In this document: positions 46,614 to 57,199 of the stretch, in pieces
Layout of the letters: each line of letters begins with the position of its first letter
Numbering within the stretch: position 1 is the first letter of the stretch
Source: Candidatus Latescibacterota bacterium
GTDB taxonomy: Bacteria; Latescibacterota; UBA2968; UBA8231
NCBI GenBank assembly: GCA_965215195.1
Contig: CBDCDC010000002.1
Span: 4,608,001 to 4,672,000 of the forward strand
Length of the DNA stretch: 64,000 nucleotides
Reading direction: 5' to 3'
Position numbers and translations under genes: made by a program
Notes under the pieces: generated by a model
Told to the model about the DNA's origin: nothing
What the model saw: the letters and a program-made list of their open reading frames with translations, nothing else
The model's database searches: none

Positions 46614-49076
46614 ATGAAAAACCACCAGAGCTTACTTAGTTCCGCGCTTATAGCGTTCCTTTTGGCCGTCCATCCAACGTTTGGCGCTGCGGACTCCCTC
46701 CATCCCAGCGACCCCTACTTTGCCCTCGCTCGCGTACTCGACGTGAACATTGAGATGGCATCCGAGGATTGGGATCGTCTGCGCGGGCAAACGCGGACCC
46801 TTGCAGATATACTCGTCGGTGCCGACTGCCTCGACAGCCCTGCGGATGATATCTTCACTTGGTTTGAGGCGACCGTAACTGTCGATGGCGAAACCCACAC
46901 CCAAGTCGGCGTCCGCAAGAAAGGGTTCCTCGGATCGCTGAGTAAGGTTAAACCCTCGCTCAAGGTCCGCTTTGACAAGTTCGTCGATGGGCAGGTCCTC
47001 GGCGGCGCGATGAAGCGCCTGACCCTGAACAATGCCCAGCAAGACCCGTCGCTGATTAATACCTGTATGGCCTACCACGTCTTTGCTGCCGCTGGCCTAC
47101 CGGCACCGCGCTGCAACTTTGCCACCGTTGCGGTAAATGGCGAAAACTTGGGCTTGTACGCACACGTCGAGAGCATGAAAACCGCCTTTTTGGAACGCAA
47201 TTTTTCCGATCCAAGCGGCAATTTTTACGAAGGGACCGTCAGCGACTTCCGCCCCAAGTGGCGCGGTACTTTGCAAAAGAAAACCAACGAAGCGGAAGCG
47301 GACTGGTCGGATATCGACGCGGTCGTCGCCGCGCTGCAAGATCCCTCCCCGGCCGGCCTCGAAGCCCTTGCCGACATCATCGACATCGACCGCTTCCTCA
47401 CCTTCTGGGCTGTCGAGGTGCTCATTGGGCATTGGGATGGGTACGCTGGCAACCGCAATAACTTTTACGTGTATCGCGAGCCGGATGCGCCTTTTGTGTT
47501 CATACCTTGGGGCGCGGATCAAGTTTTTACCTCGATAGATGGCCCCTTCGACGATTTTGTGTCGCCGCCTTCAGTGACGGCGCACGGGGCCATCGCCCAC
47601 CGTTTATACCGCGACGACGCGATGCGAGCCGCCTATGCAGGCCGCCTCAAGCAACTGCTCGACACGGTCTGGAGTGAAGAAGAACTGCTCGCCCTCGCCA
47701 ACGAGATGGCGGCGATTGTCCAGCAACATGTGCTGGCCAAAAGGCGTGCGGATGCCGCCAGCGACGCAGACCGAGTGCGTCAATTCATCCGCGAGCGGCG
47801 GGCAGCGGTTTTGGCTGATCTCGACCCGGAGCCGGCTGCTTGGCCTTGGCCGCTGGCCTCGGCCGACATTTGCTGGCCGGAAAGAGGCGCGTTTGATCTG
47901 CGCTTTGAGACGACATGGGGATCGAGTGGGAGTGAGAATCCGCTGGGGGAAGGGACGGTCGCGTTCAGTAATTATCAGCTAGGAGGAGAAGAGCAACGCT
48001 TTGAGCTTTCGGGTGCCATTGCCGGCTTTGAAGAAGACGACGGACGCACGAACAAAAACAGGGCGTCTGTATCCATTACTAGCCTTGGAAAAAACTTTGC
48101 CACAGACGTTCTCACTGTGTCGCTGCCGATTGGCTGGGTGGAGAGCGGTGCCAGTTTGCCCATCGACATGAATGCAGTCCGTGGCTATCGCTTGTCGTTG
48201 CCGTCCCCTGATAGTTTCCCGGACCAGTTTGAACTAATCGCCAAGGGAGGACTTGAATTCAGCGAGGCGAGCACGGAGCTGGGCGCAAAAATTTCGGGTC
48301 GGTTCTACGGCACCTTATTCAGCTTTGGCGGGGGAGAGGATATGGCATCAGAAGCCGTAGCAGCGATCGGATTGGTTATCAACGAAGTCGCCGCTCAAGG
48401 CGATCCCCTTGATTGGTTTGAACTCTACAATGTCTCGGGTGGGCCGATAGATCTCGCGGACTTTGTGATGGCCGACGATCTGACGGACGAGAGTAAGCGC
48501 ACCCCCTTTCCGGACGGCACGATCATCGAGGCGGGTGAGTTTCTACAGATCGAGTTGGATAAAGACGGATGGCCCGGCTTTGCCCTTGGCCGCGACGAAG
48601 AGTTGGGCATCTGGACGGCAGACGGGACCTTGGTCGCTCAGGTCGACTGGGAAAAGGGACAGGCCGATGAGGGAACGAGTTGGGCGCGCCGGCCCGACAT
48701 TACGGGCGATTTTCAGACTGTAGATACCCCTACGCCGGGTGCTCCGAATGAGATTCCGACGGCGATTGCCGAGCAGGCCGCAGGAGTGCCCGAGGCATTT
48801 CGGTTGCACGGCAACTGGCCCAATCCGTTCAATGCTAGCACGACCATTGCTTTCGATGTGGAGAGGGCCGTACCCGTGCATCTCGTGTTGTACGACGTGC
48901 TGGGCCGCCGCGTCCGCACCCTGTACGGCGGCGAGACCCTGACGGCTGGCCACTATCGCACTTCTTGGAACGGCCGCGATGACGAGGGGCGTCTGGCTGC
49001 CAGTGGCGTCTATCTGTACCGACTTACCGCCGGGGCGGATTTTACTGTGGTGGGGCGGATGGCCTTGGTCCGCTAG
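46614..49076 (+). CDS. CotH kinase family protein with lamin-tail domain and FlgD-Ig tail
   Basis: Signal peptide; VGVRKKG, KPSLKV.FDK, LTLNN..QDPS, HWDGY..NRNNFY, FIPWGAD; VINEV..DWFELYN; NWPNPFN. Confidence 0.88.
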   Translation: MKNHQSLLSSALIAFLLAVHPTFGAADSLHPSDPYFALARVLDVNIEMASEDWDRLRGQTRTLADILVGADCLDSPADDIFTWFEATVTVDGETHTQVGVRKKGFLGSLSKVKPSLKVRFDKFVDGQVLGGAMKRLTLNNAQQDPSLINTCMAYHVFAAAGLPAPRCNFATVAVNGENLGLYAHVESMKTAFLERNFSDPSGNFYEGTVSDFRPKWRGTLQKKTNEAEADWSDIDAVVAALQDPSPAGLEALADIIDIDRFLTFWAVEVLIGHWDGYAGNRNNFYVYREPDAPFVFIPWGADQVFTSIDGPFDDFVSPPSVTAHGAIAHRLYRDDAMRAAYAGRLKQLLDTVWSEEELLALANEMAAIVQQHVLAKRRADAASDADRVRQFIRERRAAVLADLDPEPAAWPWPLASADICWPERGAFDLRFETTWGSSGSENPLGEGTVAFSNYQLGGEEQRFELSGAIAGFEEDDGRTNKNRASVSITSLGKNFATDVLTVSLPIGWVESGASLPIDMNAVRGYRLSLPSPDSFPDQFELIAKGGLEFSEASTELGAKISGRFYGTLFSFGGGEDMASEAVAAIGLVINEVAAQGDPLDWFELYNVSGGPIDLADFVMADDLTDESKRTPFPDGTIIEAGEFLQIELDKDGWPGFALGRDEELGIWTADGTLVAQVDWEKGQADEGTSWARRPDITGDFQTVDTPTPGAPNEIPTAIAEQAAGVPEAFRLHGNWPNPFNASTTIAFDVERAVPVHLVLYDVLGRRVRTLYGGETLTAGHYRTSWNGRDDEGRLAASGVYLYRLTAGADFTVVGRMALVR

Positions 49077-49156
49077 GACATCTGCACGGGTAACACATCG
49101 ACGCTAGATGTGGTCCCATCCGAGGGAACGCGCTTCACTGGGCCTTTGGGCGCGAG

Positions 49157-49308
49157 CTTAGTACACGACCCCTAAAGTAGGCGACCCTTACTTTGAGTAT
49201 GCCTTTTCTGCGGTTTCCGCTGGGTGCGGGATCGAGGGCGTCCCGCCCTCGACGAGGGCAAGATGCCCTCGATCCTTGGCAGGCTGAGGGCTGGTGTCGT
49301 GTAGTAAG
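49157..49308 (-). mobile_element. About 150-bp MITE, copy 2 (inverted relative to 44401-44551)
   Basis: Reverse complement nearly identical to copy 1. Confidence 0.8.
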
Positions 49309-49363
49309 GGGCGCGACATACATTGACGGTGCTGATTGCCTGCTGAGCAAAGAGAGCTACTCA

Positions 49364-49942
49364 ATGAAAACAATCAGAAAGCGGCTCATTTATCTCCTTG
49401 GGTTTGTGGTGCCCGGAAGCCTTTTCGCAGAGGAGGAGAACGAGCGCGATCTTCGCATCCAGATGGTGGTGGGTGGTTTATCCAGTTTTAACCAATCCAC
49501 GGGTCAATCCCCTACGATCGAATTCAGTGTGTGGAAACCTCTCGCCATCGGGGATAGGATTACCACAGGTGTCTATCTTGGCCATGGCGCAGCCCAAACT
49601 TCGGTTCGCCAAAATAGCCTGATCAGGGAAGGCGACACACCGATTCTGCTAACACACCTCCTCGTTTATCATTCCTTTGAACTAGCAGATTCCTGGACCA
49701 GTTTTCTCGAATACGGATTTTCTATCATAGGCTTTGATCACAAGGAAACTTCTCTTTCGCTTGCCGGCCTAGGTTTCGGCGTGGGGATTGGCTACAATCT
49801 GTGGAAAGACTGGCTGCTGACTTTCAAGACAAGATACGTTACAGTGAACCAGTCATATCTTGGCGACCCTATCCGGCATAAACAACTTTCTGGCTCGGTT
49901 GGGTTAGCTATTCCTGTGGACTTACCAAGACTCTCCTTATAG
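49364..49942 (+). CDS. Putative small outer-membrane beta-barrel protein
   Basis: Signal peptide; alternating aromatic/Gly strands (GFGVGIGYNL, LSGSVGLAI). Confidence 0.55.
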   Translation: MKTIRKRLIYLLGFVVPGSLFAEEENERDLRIQMVVGGLSSFNQSTGQSPTIEFSVWKPLAIGDRITTGVYLGHGAAQTSVRQNSLIREGDTPILLTHLLVYHSFELADSWTSFLEYGFSIIGFDHKETSLSLAGLGFGVGIGYNLWKDWLLTFKTRYVTVNQSYLGDPIRHKQLSGSVGLAIPVDLPRLSL

Positions 49943-51556
49943 ATGAAGTACCTATTCCCCCTACTGGTTTTTGGGGTATTTCTGGTAGGATGGGCAACGT
50001 CTGCCGCCGCGCAACTCAGTAGCGACCTCTTTGAGCAGTACGAGGTCGTCATCGGCGCGGCGGAACGCCAGACCGTTCTGACGGGATTCCTGCTCGGTGG
50101 TCCTGTCGCGGACCTTGCCGTGGTGAATATCGACGAGAACGACGACCGCTGCTTGCGCATGTACGCATTCGGCGACAGCACTTGGGTGCCGCTACTCGCC
50201 GCTACGCTGCGGCCCGAAGTGTTGTTCGTCGATGTGGCCAATATCGGCGGACGCGACCACTTGATTGCGTACGAGCCCGGTCGCCTAAACTGGTTCGATC
50301 CCGACTCGGCGACGGAATGCGCACTAGTGGTGGTTACTGCCAACTTCAATCCGCCTCGCAGCGGTGAAATCCCCCACGTAGACATCACGCAGGACGTGAA
50401 CGGCGACGGGCGCGACGACTTGGTCGTGCCGGACGTCGCTGGCTTCTCGGTATTCGTCCAGATGAGCGATGGCGCGTTCGCCGATCCCGTGAAGATCGGC
50501 CCCTCCACCGATATGAGCAGGATCTACGGAGCCGACGGCTATCGATACGATCCTTGGTCGCAGAGCCGCGTTCACGAGGTGGACTACAATCGAGATGGTC
50601 GCCGCGACTTGGTGTGCTGGAACGAGGATCACTTCGAGGTTCATCTCCAGGACGAGCGCGGGCTGTTTGCGTCGGTGGCGGAGACCTTCACGACCGACGT
50701 GGCATTCGACAAGTTCTCCGCGCTCGCCACCGGAGACATGACCGGGAAGGTGCTGCACTCGTTAAGCGACATGAACGGCGACGGGGTCGCCGACTTGGTG
50801 ATCTTCTCGCTGGAGGGCCGGAGCATTGCCAGCAAGCGTTCCGCCTATGAGGTGCATCTTGGGACGCCAACACCCGATGGCGGCACCGCGTTTGCGCCAG
50901 AGGTCGGAGCCACGTTCAAGGCGGATGGCAGCATCCAACTCGGGATGGACCGGCACGACCTAGATCGCGACGGCCAAGTCGAATTGATGTTCACAACGAT
51001 CGCGGTCGAGTACCTCAAGGGCAGCCTTTGGAAGAGCATCAAGGGGTTCATGGGCGATGACATCCGGTTGGATCTCGAGTTCTACCACATGGAAGGGGGC
51101 CGCTATCCCGACAAACCCAACGCCACCCGCAGAATTGCGTTAGACGGCGTACCTAGCCATAAGGAGCCGGGATGGGTGTCCCTCGACATCGTGCTGCGAG
51201 GGGCGACGCACGAACGCCGCAAGACGCAAAAGAGTTGGCCGCGCGCATTCAACTCGACTTTGCTCATCGGGGATGTGACCGGCGACGGCCTCTCCGACCT
51301 GCTCATCGGGCAGCACCCGAGGCACTTGGAGGTCTTTGTCGGCGCACCGGGGCCGGACCTGTTTTCCCAGCGGCCTCAGACAGTGGCGGTCGCCGTGCCC
51401 AACGACGAGGAATACACCTCGCTAGTGGACCTCAACAAGGACGGCAAGCAGGATATCCTCATGCACCACCCGTTCGCGCTACGAGATGCTCACGGGGCCC
51501 GGAGACTGCCGCCGGGAACCGAGCCGCAGCGGGTGGCGGTGCTGATCGCCCGCTAA
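49943..51556 (+). CDS. FG-GAP/VCBS repeat secreted protein
   Basis: Signal peptide; DVNGDGRDDLVV, DYNRDGRRDL, DMNGDGVADL, DVTGDGLSDL, DLNKDGKQDI. Confidence 0.88.
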   Translation: MKYLFPLLVFGVFLVGWATSAAAQLSSDLFEQYEVVIGAAERQTVLTGFLLGGPVADLAVVNIDENDDRCLRMYAFGDSTWVPLLAATLRPEVLFVDVANIGGRDHLIAYEPGRLNWFDPDSATECALVVVTANFNPPRSGEIPHVDITQDVNGDGRDDLVVPDVAGFSVFVQMSDGAFADPVKIGPSTDMSRIYGADGYRYDPWSQSRVHEVDYNRDGRRDLVCWNEDHFEVHLQDERGLFASVAETFTTDVAFDKFSALATGDMTGKVLHSLSDMNGDGVADLVIFSLEGRSIASKRSAYEVHLGTPTPDGGTAFAPEVGATFKADGSIQLGMDRHDLDRDGQVELMFTTIAVEYLKGSLWKSIKGFMGDDIRLDLEFYHMEGGRYPDKPNATRRIALDGVPSHKEPGWVSLDIVLRGATHERRKTQKSWPRAFNSTLLIGDVTGDGLSDLLIGQHPRHLEVFVGAPGPDLFSQRPQTVAVAVPNDEEYTSLVDLNKDGKQDILMHHPFALRDAHGARRLPPGTEPQRVAVLIAR

Positions 51557-52761
51557 GGCCGCACCACGCTGCCGTCGGCCCGGCGATCCTCGGCCGCGTA
51601 AAAGGCGCACACCTGATCCCCCACCAACAAACTCTTCGCCCTCTCCTCGTCGATGTCGATCCCCAATCCCGGCTGGTCGTTGGGATACATGTACCCCCCT
51701 TCCATGGTCGCGTGTCCGGGAAACGCCTCCAGCTCTTCTGGCCGGAAGCCGTTCTCCTCTTGGATCCCGAAGCTGTAGCTCGCCATGTCTAAGTGCATGG
51801 CCGCCGCTTGGTTGACCGGATCGTTGTCCCCGCCTTCCTGCCAAGCGGTCTGCACCCCGTAGAATTCGCAGAGCGCGGCGATTTTGCGGCAGGGGGTGAT
51901 GCCGCCGCCTTTGGCTACCCGCACGCGGATGTAGTCGATGAGGCGCTCGCTGATCAGGGGCAGGTATTCGTGGACATTGACGAATAGCTCGCCCATGGCC
52001 TGCGGCGTGGTGCATTGCTGGCGCATGAGCCGAAACCAGCCAATCTGCTCCGGCGCGAGCGCGTCTTCGAGAAAGAAAAGCCGGTAGGGCTCCAGCCGCT
52101 TGGCCAGTGCCACCGCGACTTGGGGTTTGAGGTGCTCGTGGACGTCGTGGGTGAGCTTGGGGCCAAATCCGAGGTGCTTGCGGAGGTAGTCGAACATGGC
52201 CGGGATGGCTTCGAGATAGGCTTCGTCGTCAAAGGCCGGTGCCGCCGACCACGGGTTGCGCGGCTTGATCGCGTCTTCCACGAACCCGCCGCCGCCATAG
52301 CCGCCGAGTTGGCAGCGGATCACTGGCCAGCCCTCGTCGATGTAGCGCTGGATGTCATCGACGAGCGCTTCGTGGTCGCTGCCGCCGGCGTGGGCGTAGC
52401 AAGGCACGGCCGCGCGGCAGGCCCCGCCCAGCAATTCGTACACGGGCATCCCGGCCTCTTTGCCCTTGATGTCCCACAAGGCCATGTCGATGCCGCCCAG
52501 CGCGGCGTTGAGGATGGAGCCGCTGCGCCAGTAGCCGCTGGTGTAGAGGCACTGCCAGATGTCTTCGATGCGGCTGGCCTCGCGGCCAATCAGCAGCGGT
52601 CCTAGGCTCTCTTCGAGGGCCGTGGCGACCGTGGCCGCGTGGTTGTGCTCGCTAGCCGAGCCGATGCCGTAGAGACCGGGCTGGTCGGTGATGATTTTGA
52701 CGATGACCCACGTGCCGTTCTGGCGGGTGCGGATGCAGCGGACTTCCTCGATCTTGGCCAT
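51553..52761 (-). CDS. Enolase-superfamily acid-sugar dehydratase (RspA/mannonate dehydratase-like)
   Basis: AGGAGG RBS; IDMALWDIKGK..GMPVYELLGG, HDVHE, FLED, AMGEL, R.DGSV. Confidence 0.9.
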   Translation of the reverse strand: MAKIEEVRCIRTRQNGTWVIVKIITDQPGLYGIGSASEHNHAATVATALEESLGPLLIGREASRIEDIWQCLYTSGYWRSGSILNAALGGIDMALWDIKGKEAGMPVYELLGGACRAAVPCYAHAGGSDHEALVDDIQRYIDEGWPVIRCQLGGYGGGGFVEDAIKPRNPWSAAPAFDDEAYLEAIPAMFDYLRKHLGFGPKLTHDVHEHLKPQVAVALAKRLEPYRLFFLEDALAPEQIGWFRLMRQQCTTPQAMGELFVNVHEYLPLISERLIDYIRVRVAKGGGITPCRKIAALCEFYGVQTAWQEGGDNDPVNQAAAMHLDMASYSFGIQEENGFRPEELEAFPGHATMEGGYMYPNDQPGLGIDIDEERAKSLLVGDQVCAFYAAEDRRADGSVVRP

Positions 52762-52830
52762 TGGCCTCCTCCTTGCGTAAGTTTGAGCTTAAAAATAGTA
52801 AGCTCCCCGTCAGCCAAAAAGAGAACGCAG

Positions 52831-54528
52831 ATGAATTTCAACGCCACCAACAGCACGTTTCGCCAACTTATGGGCAATGGGCTGAGTTATCGCGTACCGC
52901 TGTTCCAACGCGACTATTCTTGGGGGGCCGACGAGTGGGATGACCTGTGGCAGGACCTTGTTGCGCTGTTCGGCGAGGATCCAGAACCCGCTCATTACAT
53001 GGGCTATCTAGTACTGCAATCGGCGGACAACAGGGCGTTCGACATCATCGATGGACAGCAGCGCATGACCACGCTGAGTCTGTTGATGCTGGCGGCGGTG
53101 GCGCATCTGACGGACTTGGCCGCGCCGGGTGACTTAGCTGACCCACAACGTCGGCGCGCCGAGCAGTTGCGTCTCACGTACATCGGTTATTTGGACCCCG
53201 TGAGCCTAGTACCGCGCTCCAAGCTGACGTTAAATCGGCACAACGATCGCTTTTACCAGAATTACCTAGTTCCCCTAGAGAGTCTGCCGCAGAGGGGATT
53301 GAACGCATCGGAACATCTCCTGCGCCGGGCGTTTCTCTGGTTCAAGGATTGCATCAAGGAACGATCCGGTGACGATGGTGAGTCGGTGGCGCGCTTTGTC
53401 GATGGCGCGGTGGATAAGCTGTTTTTTACGATCATCAGCGTTACAGACGAATTGAATGCCTTCAAGGTGTTTGAGACCCTGAACGCTCGCGGCGTGCGCT
53501 TGTCCGCTACCGATTTGCTGAAGAATTACCTGTTTTCCGTCGTCTCGCGTGGTAAGGCGCACGAATCGGAGCTCAACACTTTGGAAGACCGCTGGGAGAG
53601 TATCGTCGGGCTGCTGGGCAGTGAGAGCTTTCCCGAGTTCTTGCGGGTCTTCTGGAACAGCCGCAACAGGCTGGTGCGCAAGGCGGACTTGTTCAAAACC
53701 ATGCGCAGCGCCATCAGCGATAGGTCTAGGGTGTTTCGGTTGATCCGCGATATGGACCGGCACGCCCGGGTGTATTCGGCTCTGCGCCGCCCCGAGGACG
53801 GCTCTTGGACAGCAGCGGAGCGCACAAGTCTAGCCCAGTTGCAGATGTTCAACGTGCGTCAGCCATTGGCGTTATTGCTGGCGGCATTTGAGCGATTCGA
53901 GGAACGCGACCGCGCCGGCTTTGGACGCTTTTTGCAGGCTATCGCGGTAGTATCCTTTCGCTACAACGTGATTTGTGGCCGCCAAAGCAACGAGCAGGAG
54001 GTTGTGTATAACCAGATTGCCCGCGAGCTATCGGCAGGCAAAATTGTCAGTGCGAAAGCAGCGATTGCCAAGCTGCGGCCAGTCTATCCCGAGGATGCAG
54101 AATTCAGGGCGGCGTTTGTACAAAAGGCGCTGCGCACAACTAGCCCCCGCAACAACAAAGTCGTGCGCTTTATACTGTTCCGGCTCGAAGCGCAGTTGTC
54201 GGGACAGCGCTTTGAATTTGAGAGCGCGAAATACGGCATTGAGCACGTGTTGCCGGAAAATCCGAGTGCCGACTGGCACCAGTTCGATGACCAACAGCGG
54301 GAGGCTTCTACGTATCGTCTAGGCAACATGACTCTCTTGACGACCGCAGACAATCGCGATGTGGGCAACTCGGGATATGCCGAAAAGCGATTGGCCTACC
54401 AAGAGAGCGGCTTCGCAATAACGCGCAAGCTGGCAGAGGACTTTGATACTTGGACCGTGGAGAAGCTCCGCTCACACCAAATTTGGATGGCAAGGCAAGC
54501 TACGGGCATCTGGCGAGTCAGTTTCTGA
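52831..54528 (+). CDS. DUF262 + DUF1524 (GmrSD-like) putative modification-dependent nuclease
   Basis: VPLFQRDYSW, IIDGQQRMTT, FETLNARG..L...DLLKN; IEHVLPE and LGNMTLL...N HNH. Confidence 0.9.
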   Translation: MNFNATNSTFRQLMGNGLSYRVPLFQRDYSWGADEWDDLWQDLVALFGEDPEPAHYMGYLVLQSADNRAFDIIDGQQRMTTLSLLMLAAVAHLTDLAAPGDLADPQRRRAEQLRLTYIGYLDPVSLVPRSKLTLNRHNDRFYQNYLVPLESLPQRGLNASEHLLRRAFLWFKDCIKERSGDDGESVARFVDGAVDKLFFTIISVTDELNAFKVFETLNARGVRLSATDLLKNYLFSVVSRGKAHESELNTLEDRWESIVGLLGSESFPEFLRVFWNSRNRLVRKADLFKTMRSAISDRSRVFRLIRDMDRHARVYSALRRPEDGSWTAAERTSLAQLQMFNVRQPLALLLAAFERFEERDRAGFGRFLQAIAVVSFRYNVICGRQSNEQEVVYNQIARELSAGKIVSAKAAIAKLRPVYPEDAEFRAAFVQKALRTTSPRNNKVVRFILFRLEAQLSGQRFEFESAKYGIEHVLPENPSADWHQFDDQQREASTYRLGNMTLLTTADNRDVGNSGYAEKRLAYQESGFAITRKLAEDFDTWTVEKLRSHQIWMARQATGIWRVSF

Positions 54529-54613
54529 GAGGGCAATGCCGTTCCGTGCTCGTTTGAGCGTAGAGTCCGGTGCCTCCACGTATCTCGCATCCATTATAAA
54601 GGATATAAGCGCA

Positions 54614-56251
54614 ATGTCAGCCTATTTGCATACAATGTCTTTCTCATTAGCGCTTTTGGCCTCCGTGCTCTGGCCAGCCGCTCCAGCCCATGCTTGGGGT
54701 ATTCTACTCAGCCGCGACGGCGTTCCGGTCGAAATGACCGAGGTCAAAGCGTTGTTTCTCGTGGGGGAAGACAGCACGACGGTTCACCTGAAAGCGTATT
54801 TTACCGGAGCGTCACAGGACTTCGTCTGGCTCGTACCTGTACCTTCCACATCGACAGCCGAGCTCAGCCATAACAAGATATTTGAGCGGTTGGATGAAGA
54901 TACACGACCTCGCTACGTTTTGTTACCTGAGGTATCTGCATTTCCCAATGAGACGTGGAGTGATAAAAAAATAAAAGAACGGTTTGGATTCGTCCCGGAC
55001 CTGCCAGAACTCACTTTTGAGAACGAGCGCAATGAAGCGTGTTTCAATCTGGCTTATGAGTGGTTTTTTCCAATTGCTGACTCCTTTGGTTGTGGCGGCT
55101 GCCCTACCGTAATTTTGGCATACGTGGAAGAAAGAGAGATGCGCTCCGCTACCATCATCAAGGCCCAGTCTCCGAGCGAGATTGCAGCTTGAGTGGAATT
55201 GAGCATTGACCTCGAATCACTACGCAATCCCGAAAACCTCGGTGCTTTCATGAGAGACCTTTGGCGTATCGGTAATCCCGGGGGGCAATTAGATCTGAAA
55301 CTTCTACAGTTGCTTAGGCAACATATACCCATACCGGATGCGGTACTCGAAGAGATCAAGCGAGAAGGTATGGACGGAATGGCCCCCCTAGGCGCGATCT
55401 ACAGCGCGACCTACTCGAAGATGGATTGGAGTGCCTGGAGTGCCGCAGAGTTCCACACGTATGCCGAGTCCCAGTTTTACAGCTTTCCCGATCAGTATGA
55501 AGACTTCTACGACAACGAGTGGTTCGATTTTTCGGGGTTTGTCGATGACTGGGTAACTTATATCCACGAGCCCAATACCAAGACGCAACAGGCACTCGTG
55601 GCCCGCCCCTATCTGACGCGACTCGCCACCTTCGTTTTTCCCGACAAAACAGAAATTGATCCCGTTTTCAACTTCAATCCAGACTTGGGTCAGGTCAACC
55701 ATCTCTACAATTTGGGTCGTCTGGGCTTTGAGTGCCGCGGAGGTGAGGATGGAGGATACGATATTTCGGATCTCATAGCTGTGGTCGGCTTGGAAGGTGG
55801 CCATATACTCCGCTACGGATTTAGTTGGGACGGAATCAATCGCTACGAAGATTCTGAAATTCCACCTGCCGCCGCGCACCGCATCGAGCAACTGAGCACG
55901 TCAGGACCGCCCGTGGTGCTATTCCGTGAGACGGCGGTTTTAGATGCTGGTGAACAGCCTGTCGCGGCCCGCTTGACGCTCTCTGCCAACCGTCCCAATC
56001 CGTTCAATTCCAGTACAAGTGTCTCTTATACCATTCCCGCAGGCACAATGCGGGTTGCCCTGCGAGTCTATAACGTTCTCGGACAATCCGTGCGTACGCT
56101 CGTGGAGCAGAGCACCCCCACGGCCAGTTTCCACACTATTAGCTGGGACGGCCAAACGGATGCAGGAACTCCCGTCACCAGTGGCATCTACCTGTTGGCA
56201 TTACAGGCAGATGACAAGTTGCTGACGCGCAAAATTATGCTCATACGATAG
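54614..56251 (+). pseudogene. DUF2330-like secreted protein with FlgD-Ig tail, interrupted by in-frame TGA at 55190-55192
   Basis: Signal peptide, FTG..DFVWLVPVP, YLTRL...DPVFNFNPDL, NRPNPFN; the two ORFs share a frame. Confidence 0.65.
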
Positions 56252-56308
56252 CCAACACCCTAAGCCCATTGCGATGGGCGAAAAACCGCTTTTACCGAAA
56301 GGATACTC

Positions 56309-57073
56309 ATGCGCGCCTTCCAACCCTACGCTTCTTTGGAACACTACATGGGCCGCCGCCTCTTGGCGCTGCTGGCCGCGCTGGCCTTAATCGACATTGC
56401 TATTTTGCTGAGCGCGTCGCTGAGTACCGCCTTGCTGAGCACGGCGTCTGGGGCCGACGTGGTCCGCGCCCGCGCCCTTGAAATCCTCAACGACGCGGGT
56501 CAACCCGTGCTCGTAGCTACGGCCGACGAGCGCCAAAACGGCGCTTTGTGGGTGGGGGCCGGCAAGGGCCAAGGTGGGATTAGCCTCAGTGCCGACGCGG
56601 CCGGCCACGGCTTGCTCGTGGTCAACACAGCGTCCGGCGAGCCGCTGGTCTCAATTGTCAGCAGCGACCAAGAGGGGGGCGCATTGCAGGTGTACAGCGC
56701 GGCCGGCGCACAGTTGGCATACTTGGGCGCGAGCGAGACCGGCAGCGGTCACTTGGCCCTGCAAAGCGCGGCCGGCGGCTTGCTCGTGGCCGTGGGCGAA
56801 GACGAGGGCAGCGGCTTGCTCATGGCCAACAATGCCGCGGGCGTCAACATCTTCCTCGCCAGTGCCGATTCGTCGCAAAACGGCGGCCTGTTGCTCAACA
56901 GCCGCACCGGCGACAACCTGATCTACGCGGGTGCAGGTGCCGGCGGCAACGGCGGCTTGCACGTCAACGCCGCGAATGGAACTCACCTCGTCTTCTTGGG
57001 GGCCGATGGGCAGCGCAACGGCGTGGTGGGGATTTGGGACCGCAACGGCGCCGGCCGAGTTTTGCAGAAGTAG
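56309..57073 (+). CDS. Hypothetical Gly-rich beta-repeat protein with N-terminal TM/signal
   Basis: AAAGGA RBS; about 22-aa repeats G.L.V....G..L..(L/I)GA; start may be 56348. Confidence 0.6.
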   Translation: MRAFQPYASLEHYMGRRLLALLAALALIDIAILLSASLSTALLSTASGADVVRARALEILNDAGQPVLVATADERQNGALWVGAGKGQGGISLSADAAGHGLLVVNTASGEPLVSIVSSDQEGGALQVYSAAGAQLAYLGASETGSGHLALQSAAGGLLVAVGEDEGSGLLMANNAAGVNIFLASADSSQNGGLLLNSRTGDNLIYAGAGAGGNGGLHVNAANGTHLVFLGADGQRNGVVGIWDRNGAGRVLQK

Positions 57074-57199
57074 CGTTTGCAGGCACCGCGTTACGCACCT
57101 TCTGCCTTCGCGAGGCGTATAGGGCGCGAGGGCGCTGGGCTAGGCGCGGTGAAACCCGCTGACACCGGGCGCGGCCTGAACAAGGCTGCGCAACATCCG

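Noticed and set aside
49135-49363. Short ORFs over the MITEs (44311..44520, 49135..49350 and the 49193 extension)
   Set aside because: They are translations of the repeated non-coding element.
33814-55192. Genome-wide TGA reassignment (genetic code 4 or 25)
   Set aside because: Many intact genes here end in TGA at their expected C-termini; only two internal TGAs were seen.
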